Origin: Candidatus Omnitrophota bacterium
GTDB lineage: Bacteria; Omnitrophota; Gorgyraeia; Velamenicoccales; JABMQK01
Direction of reading: 5' to 3'
Assembly (NCBI GenBank): GCA_028711115.1
Contig: JAQTSV010000001.1
Coordinates: 966,032 to 1,030,031, forward strand
DNA: 64,000 bases
This document shows, one piece after another, positions 28,626 to 37,417 of this stretch (positions are counted from its first letter, which is position 1; the number at the start of each line of letters is the position of its first letter). The notes under the pieces were generated by a model. The model searched no databases. It worked only from the letters and a program-made list of their open reading frames with translations, and was not told the origin of the DNA. The translations under genes were made by a program, and so were the position numbers.

Positions 28626-29545
28626 AATCCTCTGCCTGCTAATACAAGCGCCAAGATTGCCAGAATAGTCATCGGTCCCCAGAAAAATCTCAATGCCTGG
28701 TCAACGCGCAGTCTTGGATTTGTATTCCTGATAACGATAATCAAAACAATTATCGCCACAAAACCCAATAAACTCCTTACAGCTGCCAGACCATTAAAAT
28801 TGAATCCGCCCAAAAATAGAATCACAATAAAATACGGCAGCACAAACAGCATCATCGCTTTGGTCAATTTAAAAATCGCCAGCGACGGTCCGGAATATTC
28901 TATCAACGCTCCGCCTGCGAGTTCTGTCTCTGCCTCAGCCATATCAAAAGGGACAAGCCCTAATTTTGCCTGCACGCAAAACAGAATAACAATAAAGCTT
29001 AAAACTCCGGACCAGTTACTTATAAAAGCGCCGTACGCCGACTGATAACTGATAATCTCCCCCAATTTAATGCTCAGACCGGATTTTGCTACCGGAACAA
29101 AAACCGCTAAAATAAAAGGCAATTCATAAGCCATAACCAGCTTCATCTCTCTGGAAGCGCCGATGCTTGCCAAAGGATTGCGCGAAGCAAAACCTCCCAG
29201 AATTATACCTAATGAAGGTAAGACCAGAAAATACAAAACCACAATCAAATCTCCGAAAAATGTTTTCTGTGGCCAGATATTCACTAACCAAAGCAATGTA
29301 GTAACAATCATAATGCTGATAATTCCCAGAATCGGTGAAAATAAAAACGTAATTTTAGACGCCCCCTTAGGCAAAAGCAATTCCTTACCCAAAAGTTTTA
29401 CAATATCCGTAAACGGCTGCAAAATCGGCGGGCCAACACGATATTGAAGCCTGGCAGTGACTTTGCGGTCTATCCAGCTTATCAAAAGCCCGGCTGTCAC
29501 GCTTACAAAGAATCCAAAAAATATAAAGTAAAAAATCATTGTCAT
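28622..29545 (-). CDS. NuoH/MbhM/HycD-like membrane subunit
   Basis: 307 aa polytopic. RKVTARLQYRVGP and PFDMAEAETEL motifs. Confidence 0.85.
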   Translation of the reverse strand: MTMIFYFIFFGFFVSVTAGLLISWIDRKVTARLQYRVGPPILQPFTDIVKLLGKELLLPKGASKITFLFSPILGIISIMIVTTLLWLVNIWPQKTFFGDLIVVLYFLVLPSLGIILGGFASRNPLASIGASREMKLVMAYELPFILAVFVPVAKSGLSIKLGEIISYQSAYGAFISNWSGVLSFIVILFCVQAKLGLVPFDMAEAETELAGGALIEYSGPSLAIFKLTKAMMLFVLPYFIVILFLGGFNFNGLAAVRSLLGFVAIIVLIIVIRNTNPRLRVDQALRFFWGPMTILAILALVLAGRGL

Positions 29546-29548
29546 AAA

Positions 29549-30043
29549 TTATGCCTTTTCTCTTATCCAGTGCGTAGAATGTGCAACTATATTATCTGTA
29601 ACCGAATAGATATGTTTTTCTTCGTTTGGTTCTGTATCATTCAAAGACAATGCTCCGTAAGGACAGGTTGGCACGCAAATCGGCTGATCTTTTTGTTTGC
29701 GCCTGTCCAAACATAAATCGCATTTTGAAGTTATGTAAGGAACCAACTCGGGATAAATAGTCCCATAAGGGCAAGCGTGAACGCAGCTTTTACAGCCAAT
29801 GCACCTCATATAATACCTTCTGAGAATTTTATCTTGCTGTTTTTCCAGTGCATTCTGAGGGCAGGAATTTACACAATGCGGCTCTTCGCATTTTCTGCAA
29901 ATCAATACATATGTGATTAATTCCCTCAAAGAATACATTCCATTATTTTCAGGATGATAGAAATAACTGCAATCCACAACGCATTTCTGGCAAGCGGTCG
30001 AACAAATATCCAAATCCACAAATAGTTTCTTCGGTTTTTCCAT
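29549..30043 (-). CDS. HycB/CooF-like polyferredoxin (four Cys-cluster motifs)
   Basis: CSTACQKCVVDC, CRKCEEPHCVNSCP, CIGCKSCVHACP, CDLC...CVPTCP. Start set to ATG 30043 (MEKPKK). The track start at 30055 is a TTG overlapping the upstream gene. Confidence 0.8.
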   Translation of the reverse strand: MEKPKKLFVDLDICSTACQKCVVDCSYFYHPENNGMYSLRELITYVLICRKCEEPHCVNSCPQNALEKQQDKILRRYYMRCIGCKSCVHACPYGTIYPELVPYITSKCDLCLDRRKQKDQPICVPTCPYGALSLNDTEPNEEKHIYSVTDNIVAHSTHWIREKA

Positions 30044-30045
30044 AG

Positions 30046-30870
30046 CTAATCCCAAACTTCGGGAAAATTCTTTATCTTGTCATAAGTAAATACCGGTCCG
30101 TCTTTACAGCAATAAAAATTCCCCACCCGGCAATGCCCACACTTGCCGATACCGCAGGACATATTCTTTTCCATAGAAAGATACAGCTGGCTGTCCTTAA
30201 AACCCATCTCTAACAGCTTGAAAGTGGCAAACTTCATCATTATCGGCGGGCCGCAGACCACAGCTACGGCATTATTTATATCCACGTCCTTTTTATCCAA
30301 AATAGTGGTGACAACTCCGACATTGCCTTTCCAGGAGCTATCCGATTTATCCACGGTAAGTCTTACATCAATTTCTTTTCCTGCGCGCCACTGTTCGACT
30401 AACTTTTTATAAATGATATCATTGGGAGTGCGCGCCCCGTATCTTAAAATAATTTTTTTGTAATCTTTCTTATCGTTTAGAAGAGAGAATAACAAACTGC
30501 GCAAAGGCGCCAAACCTACGCCGCCTCCCACGATATAAATTTCTTTACCTTTAAAATCCTGTAAAGGATAGCCTTTGCCGTAAGGACCTCTGACACCTAA
30601 TTCCGTATTTTTTCCGAGCGAATGTAATTTATCGGTGACTTTGCCGACCTTCATTATGGTAATATCAAACTGTTCTTTAACCGCAGGATTTGAAGAAGGC
30701 GTAAATGGCGCTTCGCCCAATCCCGGGACAGATAATTCTACAAACTGGCCGGTCTCAAACGAAAAACCGCCGTTAGAATTATTAAACACGAATGTCTTAA
30801 TAGTAGAACTCTCCTCAATTACATCAGCCAGTTCTATCTTTGCGGGATTGTAAGGATTATTTTCTCTCAT
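30046..30870 (-). CDS. FAD/NAD(P)-binding [2Fe-2S] oxidoreductase subunit (sulfhydrogenase gamma HydG / AsrB-like)
   Basis: 274 aa. GQFVELSVPGLGEAPFT, IVGGGVGLAPLRS, C-terminal CGIGKCGHCRVG..C. Confidence 0.8.
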   Translation of the reverse strand: MRENNPYNPAKIELADVIEESSTIKTFVFNNSNGGFSFETGQFVELSVPGLGEAPFTPSSNPAVKEQFDITIMKVGKVTDKLHSLGKNTELGVRGPYGKGYPLQDFKGKEIYIVGGGVGLAPLRSLLFSLLNDKKDYKKIILRYGARTPNDIIYKKLVEQWRAGKEIDVRLTVDKSDSSWKGNVGVVTTILDKKDVDINNAVAVVCGPPIMMKFATFKLLEMGFKDSQLYLSMEKNMSCGIGKCGHCRVGNFYCCKDGPVFTYDKIKNFPEVWD

Positions 30871-31937
30871 ACGCCTGATTTTGCCTCAGAAACCAGATTC
30901 TTTAATATTCTCCTTATATCTATTTTTGCGGGACATCCTGTAATGCACCTGCCACAACCCGTGCAGGCAATCTTGCCTGACACATTAGGAAAGAAATTAA
31001 ATTTCTTATCGTAACGGTTACGTAACCTCTGAAACAGGCGCTTTCTGGGATTTGCACCGCCAGCAACCACGGCAAAATCTTTATAAAGACAGGCATCCCA
31101 CATTTTATATCTTGTATTGCTGTCGCCTTTCTTAGAGTCTCCCAAAAAGAAACAATGGCAGGTAGGACAGATAAAGTTACAACAACCGCATTCAACGCAT
31201 GTCTGGATTTCGTCTTTCCAAATCTGCGAATCAAAACCTTTTTGCATTACGCCACGGAGTTGGGTTTTATCGGGAATCCCGTATTTCTTAACATTATCTT
31301 CGACTGCCTTAATCGTATTGCTTCTTACTTCTTCTCTCTTTTGCAGGTGATTGCCGGAAACCAGCTGGATTTTATCCTTGTATTGCACAATATATCTATT
31401 CGCCCTTTCACTGGCAGCCTCTACGACACATGAGTCTCCGATATCACAGACACCCATATCGTATATCTTTTCCGGATATGGTTGGATACCCAGCGCCAAA
31501 CAAAAACATGTATCTAAAGGATTTGTGCAATCGCTGGCGATAATAAACATCGACTGGCGCTTGTTTATATAAAAAGGATCCTTGAAGTCGCCATTTAAGA
31601 ATACAAAATCCGTAATCTCTAATCCCACGAGATCGCAATTTTTGGCTCCGATGAGCATAACCGGCTTATCGCTGTTGTCTTCTAGCCCTTTGAAATCCTT
31701 TGAAACTTTCTCTTTTGAAGAAAATACAAATTGTTTCAAAGGATCCTGCGCCCTTACTCCTCCGAGGACCAATTCCTGCAAATCCCCTTTGTATTCCTGC
31801 CAGAAGAGGAGCTTTCTTGTGCCGGCCTTCCAGTCAAATTGTGTACCTTTGCCTGTTAAATAGAAGGTGCGGAAGTTCTTTGCCAAATCAGCCAAGATAT
31901 CCAGGAAATTTGTTTTGTAAATATAATATGTGGCCAT
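30867..31937 (-). CDS. Iron-sulfur subunit (sulfhydrogenase beta HydB / AsrA-like)
   Basis: 356 aa. CVECGCCNFICPTCHCF and CTGCGRCITGCP motifs. ATGA overlap with the HydG-like gene. Confidence 0.75.
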   Translation of the reverse strand: MATYYIYKTNFLDILADLAKNFRTFYLTGKGTQFDWKAGTRKLLFWQEYKGDLQELVLGGVRAQDPLKQFVFSSKEKVSKDFKGLEDNSDKPVMLIGAKNCDLVGLEITDFVFLNGDFKDPFYINKRQSMFIIASDCTNPLDTCFCLALGIQPYPEKIYDMGVCDIGDSCVVEAASERANRYIVQYKDKIQLVSGNHLQKREEVRSNTIKAVEDNVKKYGIPDKTQLRGVMQKGFDSQIWKDEIQTCVECGCCNFICPTCHCFFLGDSKKGDSNTRYKMWDACLYKDFAVVAGGANPRKRLFQRLRNRYDKKFNFFPNVSGKIACTGCGRCITGCPAKIDIRRILKNLVSEAKSGV

Positions 31938-31938
31938 T

Positions 31939-32277
31939 CTATTCCTCTACCTCAATGCTATCGATATAACACTCCTCGCCGGCAATCAGTTCATTTGACT
32001 TTGAATTACACAAAGGGCAAGAAAAATTTATCTCTCTGGTCAAACTGAATATCTTGCCGCACGATAAACATTTAACTTTAGGATTGATTCTCTTTACCTC
32101 TAACTTGGCATGGGCCAAAGGCGTATTAACGGATGCGATTTTAAAAGCCTCTCTGATAGAATCGGGAGTGCCGTGGGCTAATCTGCCTAAAAAAAACACC
32201 GCGCTGCTAACCTTTTTACCCTCAATCTTATTTTTTATACGTTCGACTTCTTTTTTTACCAGACTGAATTCGTGCAT
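31939..32277 (-). CDS. hypA: Hydrogenase nickel-insertion protein HypA
   Basis: 112 aa. MHEFS N-terminus and Zn site CLSCG...CPLCNS. Confidence 0.9.
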   Translation of the reverse strand: MHEFSLVKKEVERIKNKIEGKKVSSAVFFLGRLAHGTPDSIREAFKIASVNTPLAHAKLEVKRINPKVKCLSCGKIFSLTREINFSCPLCNSKSNELIAGEECYIDSIEVEE

Positions 32278-32918
32278 TATTCGCTCGATTTAATAAAATA
32301 AGAAAAAATCTCCAATTCCCTGGATAAATCCACATTGCTGACCATAACATCATCCGGCACTTTTAAAATAAGCGGAGCAAAATTAAGGATGTACTTAATA
32401 CCGCAGTTAACCAATGTATCGGTTATCTTCTGGGCACTGAAAGCAGAAACCGCCAAAATCGCAATTTTCAACTTTTCCTTCTTTAAGAAATCCTGAATCT
32501 TTTCAATATCGTGAATGGGCACATCTGCGATTTTCTGTCCGATTTTACGCGTGTCAATATCAAAGGCAGCCTTGATATTAAATCCCTGGATTTTAAATCC
32601 GGAATAAGACAGGAGCGCTGAACCCAAATTCCCTGCCCCTATCAAGATTACATCCAAAACCTTACCTTTACCTAAAATATTCTTTATCTCTTCCTTTAAA
32701 GGAGAAACCTCGTAACCTGTGCCAGAAATCCCAAACTGGCCAAAATAAGAAAGGTCCTTTCTTACCTGGGTATCTGTGAGATCTGTCAATTCTGCGAGTT
32801 CCGAAGAGGAAATTGCCTTTTTTCCTTCTTGTTCTAGGCGAGTAAGCTCTCTCAAATAAAGAGACAGCCTTGTAATGGTATTCTTGGGGATTTTCTTTTT
32901 ATTCGAAGATTGTGACAT
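32277..32918 (-). CDS. rex: Redox-sensing transcriptional repressor Rex
   Basis: 213 aa. RLSLYLRELTRL wHTH, QVRKDLSYFGQFG, GAGNLGSAL Rossmann motif. Confidence 0.9.
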   Translation of the reverse strand: MSQSSNKKKIPKNTITRLSLYLRELTRLEQEGKKAISSSELAELTDLTDTQVRKDLSYFGQFGISGTGYEVSPLKEEIKNILGKGKVLDVILIGAGNLGSALLSYSGFKIQGFNIKAAFDIDTRKIGQKIADVPIHDIEKIQDFLKKEKLKIAILAVSAFSAQKITDTLVNCGIKYILNFAPLILKVPDDVMVSNVDLSRELEIFSYFIKSSE

Positions 32919-32957
32919 ATATTAAAAGATTGTGAAACTTTTCCCAATCAAAGTTAA

Positions 32958-32986
32958 ATTTTAACCCCCCTGCAAGAATATGTCAA
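32958..32986 (-). promoter_or_regulatory. Putative sigma70 promoter of the rex-hypA-hydrogenase unit (TTGACA-17-TAAAAT)
   Basis: Minus strand reads ttcTTGACAtattcttgcaggggggtTAAAATtt. -35 = 32986..32981, -10 = 32963..32958. Followed by a TTTCACAATCTT Rex-like half-site. Confidence 0.5.
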
Positions 32987-33087
32987 GAATTATTTTAAGT
33001 TTTTATTGCTTATTTGGCGAGTGTTAGAAGAGGAATAATACCACTAATCTATCAAAATGAGATATTTTTCTTATTTATTCAACGCCT

Positions 33088-33828
33088 TTAATGGCCGCCG
33101 AAAGTCTTTAACCAAACCATAAGCAGTATTCCCAGGATGAAAAATAATAAGGATACATTTGCCTTATGAGCATTCTTCTGCTTGTGCAATTCCGGTACTA
33201 AATCGCAGCTGGCAATATAGATAAAACCTCCTGCAGCAAATGGCAAGATAAAACTCGAAAGGTCGCTGACCTTGCTCGAAAAATAATAGCCGACTATTGT
33301 GCCGATGACAGCAGTCAGCGCTGATAAAAAATTATAGAAAAATGCTTTGAATCTACTGAAACCTCCGTATATTAAAATGCCGAAATCACCCAATTCCTGA
33401 GGTATCTCATGCATAACAATCGCAAGAGTGGCGATAATTCCGACTTTAATACCTACCATAAAACTTGTTCCGATGATAAGGCCATCGATAAAATTATGTA
33501 TTCCATCACCTACAAGACTAAGGTATGTGAAAGTGTGTATATCGCATTTCTCTTCATGGCAATGCCGCCAATAAAAATACCGTTCCAGAATAAAGAATGC
33601 AATAAAACCAATGATAGTAAATGAAAAAGTTCTGACTTCGGTCGAGTGTTCAAGTGCCTCGGGAAGCAGATGCAAAAATGCTCCTCCGATTAAGCCACCT
33701 GCAGAAAAACCGATCAGAACAATGAGAATCTCATTGAGCATATCTCCTTTGAGCAATAATGCAAAAATTCCCACGAAAGAAATAAGGCTTACAATAATGC
33801 TGGCGCTGATTGCCCATACTAAAACCAT
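33088..33828 (-). CDS. ZIP family divalent metal transporter (ZupT-like)
   Basis: 246 aa polytopic. FLHLLPEA, HNFIDGL, HEIPQELGDF motifs. Confidence 0.85.
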   Translation of the reverse strand: MVLVWAISASIIVSLISFVGIFALLLKGDMLNEILIVLIGFSAGGLIGGAFLHLLPEALEHSTEVRTFSFTIIGFIAFFILERYFYWRHCHEEKCDIHTFTYLSLVGDGIHNFIDGLIIGTSFMVGIKVGIIATLAIVMHEIPQELGDFGILIYGGFSRFKAFFYNFLSALTAVIGTIVGYYFSSKVSDLSSFILPFAAGGFIYIASCDLVPELHKQKNAHKANVSLLFFILGILLMVWLKTFGGH

Positions 33829-33846
33829 TTTTCAATTCCTCCTTAA

Positions 33847-34530
33847 TTAAAAGTTTAAATACTTATCCCAGTATTGAAAGAGTTTTTTCGTGGCAATAAT
33901 ATCGCCCAGGCAATATTTGGCTATTTTAAGAAACTCTCCAGCCTTAAACAAATCTTTTACCTGATAACCAGTCACTTCTCCCTCTTTTGGGCTGGCTATG
34001 CCAAAGGCCTTACACCACATATGCAGATTAAAACGCCTGCGCATAGAACCATAAAATGTCAATCTGTCCAATAAATCAATGTGCATATCTGAAGAATAAC
34101 GGTTTGGCATCAGATTTTTGGAAGAATTAACGTGATTAATTGCAGAACGAATCATCAGAAAAGGACAATCAAATGCCCTGCCATTAAAGGTTATTACCTG
34201 CTGGTATTCTTCTGTCTTCTTCCAGAATTTTCCCAATAATTCCTTCTCGTCTGGAACCGCTATAAACTCAGTATCTTTTTCCTTGAGTATCTTGCCTTCG
34301 CCTTTAGGATTTTGATAGAAGATAAAACTGCTGTCGGAATCTATATCTATCATGCCTATGGCTACTACCTGGGCGGTAAGCGGATAAAAACTCAGACTTT
34401 CCCTGACTTCTTTTTCTTCCTCTTCGCCTTCAGCATATTTAAGAAGCAGTTCCTTGGATATATCGTCCAAAGAATCGAAATCACAACCAGCAGTCTCAAT
34501 ATCAATAGCTACTCTCTTCATCTTTCCCAT
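33847..34530 (-). CDS. RNase H-fold 3'-5' exonuclease (PolB-exonuclease-like)
   Basis: VAIDIETAG (Exo I), ITFNGRAFDCPF (Exo II), YCLGDIIAT (Exo III). Start set to ATG 34530 behind an AAAGGA SD. The track start at 34548 is a TTG. Confidence 0.7.
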   Translation of the reverse strand: MGKMKRVAIDIETAGCDFDSLDDISKELLLKYAEGEEEEKEVRESLSFYPLTAQVVAIGMIDIDSDSSFIFYQNPKGEGKILKEKDTEFIAVPDEKELLGKFWKKTEEYQQVITFNGRAFDCPFLMIRSAINHVNSSKNLMPNRYSSDMHIDLLDRLTFYGSMRRRFNLHMWCKAFGIASPKEGEVTGYQVKDLFKAGEFLKIAKYCLGDIIATKKLFQYWDKYLNF

Positions 34531-34544
34531 ATTGACGTTTCCTT

Positions 34545-36563
34545 TCAATATTCAAAATAGTCGTATAATTTTCTCAAAACCTTGGCCTCGTCTTCATTGA
34601 CATCTATTTCTTTAAAGTCATCATATCCGTCTTCGAGTTTCTCAAATTTATTATAATCTATAAGCAGCCTGTTTAATACTTTTTTCTCGTTGATAAAACG
34701 CGATAGGCGGTTAAAACTAAAAATGCCTCCGTCCTGGCCCTGGTTATGCATAGAGAGGAATAATTTTGATTTTGCCCTCGTCACCGCCACATACAAAAGC
34801 CTTCTTTCCTCTTCTATGCTTTCAGGGTCTTCCATGGAATAAGATACCGGTAAATTTCCTTCCATAAGAGAAATGATGAATACCGCCTCCCATTCCAATC
34901 CTTTTGCAGAATGTATGGTAGATAACACTACCGGCTGCTCGTCCATATTTTTCCTGCTTATGCCTACCAGACTTTTCTCGGGTGCCTCAAGTGCTACGAA
35001 ATCCACCAAAAATTCCTCCCGCGTCTTGTACTCCGAAGAAATCTGAATCAACGCCCTCAGATCGTCGTTTCTTACATGGTAGTCATCAAACTTCTTCTTC
35101 ATTATAGGAAAATAAAAATCTCTGATTAAATCCAGCTCTTCGCAAATATCCAATTCTTTACTCTTAATTTTCTGGAATAATTTTAACAGCCTGTTTAATT
35201 CCGGCTTAATCTTGTGTTCCGGCAGGAATTCTTTAAATGCTGCATCTAATGACCGCTTTGATGTGATACTTTGATAAATTTTCTCGGCTGTGCGCGGCCC
35301 AATGCCGTCCAGCATGGTAAGAATCCTGTTCCAGGCCAGTTCATCGTCTCTATTCTGTAAAACTTTCATAAATGAAAGCACATCTTTAACGTGCGCTGTC
35401 TCGATAAAACGTATACCACCATAGACAATAAAAGGAATATCCATCCTGGATAAAGATAATTGCAAAGGCAGAGAATTATAATTTGAACGGTACAATACGC
35501 CCATGGAAGAAAGCCCGATTCCCTGATCATACAATTCTTTTATTTTATGGGCTATAAAATCAGCCTCTTTTTGTGCGTCTTTAAAAAAGTTTAATTCCGG
35601 TTTTGTCCCGTTTTTATTAACGGTGAATAAAACCTTGGTATATTTTTCTTTCTCGCCTTCTATAACGGCATTGGCCACATCTAAAATCGGCTGGGTGCTG
35701 CGATAATTATGCTCCAATTTGAGAATCTTACAGTTGGTAAATTTCTTGGGAAAATCAAACATATTCTTATAATAGGCGCCGCGAAAACTATAAATACTCT
35801 GCGTATCGTCTCCCACGACCATAACGTTTCCGTGAATCTTTCCCAACAAATAAACAATCTCAGCCTGGAGTTTGTTTGTATCCTGAAATTCATCAACCAT
35901 AATATAGGTAAACCTTGAGGAAACTTCTTTAAGTATTGCGTCTTTTTCCAGCAGAAACTTCGAATAAAGCAGCATATCGTCATAATCAATCACAGAATGA
36001 TTAATCTTGTAATCGATGTATGCCTTGTGTAATTCCTCCATATCTTTTCTTAAATCCAGAAAATGCGGATAATCTTTTTCCAATACAGAGTTTATATTTT
36101 GAGAGCGATTAATAGACATGCTGATTATGCTTCTCAACGTATCTTTTTTGGGAAATCTTAATTTGCGGTCCAGAAATCCTAACCTCGTAGCCAGTAAATG
36201 CAGAGCATCGGCGCTGTCTGCCTCATCTAAAAATGAAATATTATTCTGAAAACCCAGGTGTTTACGGAATTTCTTAATTAATTTATAGGCGAAGGAATGA
36301 AAAGTGCCGCCTTCGACCTGCTGGCAGAGCTTATTGTGGCCTGAAGCGCGGTCAAGCATCTCTCTTGCGGCCTTGCGCGTGAAAGTCAAAAGAAGGATTG
36401 AAGAAGGTTTTACGCCGCTGAGTATTAAATTCAATACGCGGTATTCTATGACTCTGGTTTTGCCTGTGCCTGCCCCTGCCACTACAAGCAAAGGACCTTG
36501 CGTAGTAGTCACTGCTTGGTATTGGGAAGGATTTAATATGCTCTTAAAATCTATTTCTTTCAT
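34545..36563 (-). CDS. UvrD/PcrA/Rep-family ATP-dependent DNA helicase
   Basis: 672 aa. AGAGTGKT (Walker A), MVDEFQDTN, YSFRGA, NYRS, TIHSAKGLEW, YVAVTRAK. Confidence 0.9.
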   Translation of the reverse strand: MKEIDFKSILNPSQYQAVTTTQGPLLVVAGAGTGKTRVIEYRVLNLILSGVKPSSILLLTFTRKAAREMLDRASGHNKLCQQVEGGTFHSFAYKLIKKFRKHLGFQNNISFLDEADSADALHLLATRLGFLDRKLRFPKKDTLRSIISMSINRSQNINSVLEKDYPHFLDLRKDMEELHKAYIDYKINHSVIDYDDMLLYSKFLLEKDAILKEVSSRFTYIMVDEFQDTNKLQAEIVYLLGKIHGNVMVVGDDTQSIYSFRGAYYKNMFDFPKKFTNCKILKLEHNYRSTQPILDVANAVIEGEKEKYTKVLFTVNKNGTKPELNFFKDAQKEADFIAHKIKELYDQGIGLSSMGVLYRSNYNSLPLQLSLSRMDIPFIVYGGIRFIETAHVKDVLSFMKVLQNRDDELAWNRILTMLDGIGPRTAEKIYQSITSKRSLDAAFKEFLPEHKIKPELNRLLKLFQKIKSKELDICEELDLIRDFYFPIMKKKFDDYHVRNDDLRALIQISSEYKTREEFLVDFVALEAPEKSLVGISRKNMDEQPVVLSTIHSAKGLEWEAVFIISLMEGNLPVSYSMEDPESIEEERRLLYVAVTRAKSKLFLSMHNQGQDGGIFSFNRLSRFINEKKVLNRLLIDYNKFEKLEDGYDDFKEIDVNEDEAKVLRKLYDYFEY

Positions 36564-36638
36564 CTATCTTAACAGCGTTGATAATTGCTCAGAAAAAAAG
36601 CTGCTTTAGACATATTTAAATTTAATTACTGTTTTGTT

Positions 36639-37412
36639 TTATACCTTTGGTTTATCTTCCGGTGAGCCAGAGGAAGGTTTTTCTTGCTTCTCTTCAGGCG
36701 GTTTTTCCTGTCCTGTTTTATTAACGCCAGTATCCGTTATCTTTTTATCAGGAGAGCCCTGCTCTGCAGCTGTTTTATCTTCCGGTTTAACAACCTGAGG
36801 GGTTTCTTCCTTCTGAGTTGTGTCCGTGGCGCCTGAAATTCTCTGCTTATTGATTTCTTCCAATTCCTTGCTTAACTCGTCGTATTGGCCCTTTAATCCT
36901 TCGTGGATTTCTTCCAGTGATTTCAGTTTCTTTCTTAAATCTGCATTTTCTTTCTGAAAAGGCTCAAGCTCTTTTTTCAGCATATCAAATTCTTTTTGCA
37001 GATTATCTTTTTCTTGCTTGGTCTGTTCTGTATCTTTTTTGATTCTATCTGCTTCAGCCTTAAATTTCTCTTTCTCAGAGACCTCTTTTTGCAAGGCCTC
37101 GTCTTTTTTATCCAAAGTTTCTCTGACTTTATCCAAATCGCTGGCCTTTAATTCCAACTCGTTCTTTGTGCTTTTTAGTTTATCCAATTCCTCTTTTGTC
37201 TTATATAAAAGGTCTTCTACGGTTTGTTTTTCGGCTTTTTCCTTGGCGAACTCATCCTGCGTCAGTTTAATTGTAGCCTCCAGGCCTGCGATTAATTCGG
37301 ACTTCTTCTGTTCTTTGCTCTTACGTTCTTTTTCCTCTTCCTGGAAAAATTTGACCGTAAATACGATAATGGCGATTAATGCCAAAAATAAAAGAGAAAT
37401 GATAAATTGCAT
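36639..37412 (-). CDS. Membrane-anchored K/E-rich coiled-coil protein
   Basis: 257 aa. N-terminal TM (FIISLLFLALIAIIVF), then heptad-like KE-rich sequence, and a P/E/K-rich tail. Confidence 0.6.
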   Translation of the reverse strand: MQFIISLLFLALIAIIVFTVKFFQEEEKERKSKEQKKSELIAGLEATIKLTQDEFAKEKAEKQTVEDLLYKTKEELDKLKSTKNELELKASDLDKVRETLDKKDEALQKEVSEKEKFKAEADRIKKDTEQTKQEKDNLQKEFDMLKKELEPFQKENADLRKKLKSLEEIHEGLKGQYDELSKELEEINKQRISGATDTTQKEETPQVVKPEDKTAAEQGSPDKKITDTGVNKTGQEKPPEEKQEKPSSGSPEDKPKV

Positions 37413-37417
37413 AGAAC

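Noticed and set aside
30920-31638. Minus-strand ORFs 30920..31234 and 31444..31638 inside the HydB/AsrA-like gene.
   Set aside because: They are out-of-frame overlaps of a well-supported CDS, with Arg/Cys-rich nonsense-like translations.
32919-33087. A canonical palindromic Rex operator (TTGTGAA-N6-TTCACAA) upstream of rex.
   Set aside because: Only half-sites in direct orientation are present. I did not find a full inverted repeat in this region or in the other intergenic gaps I read.
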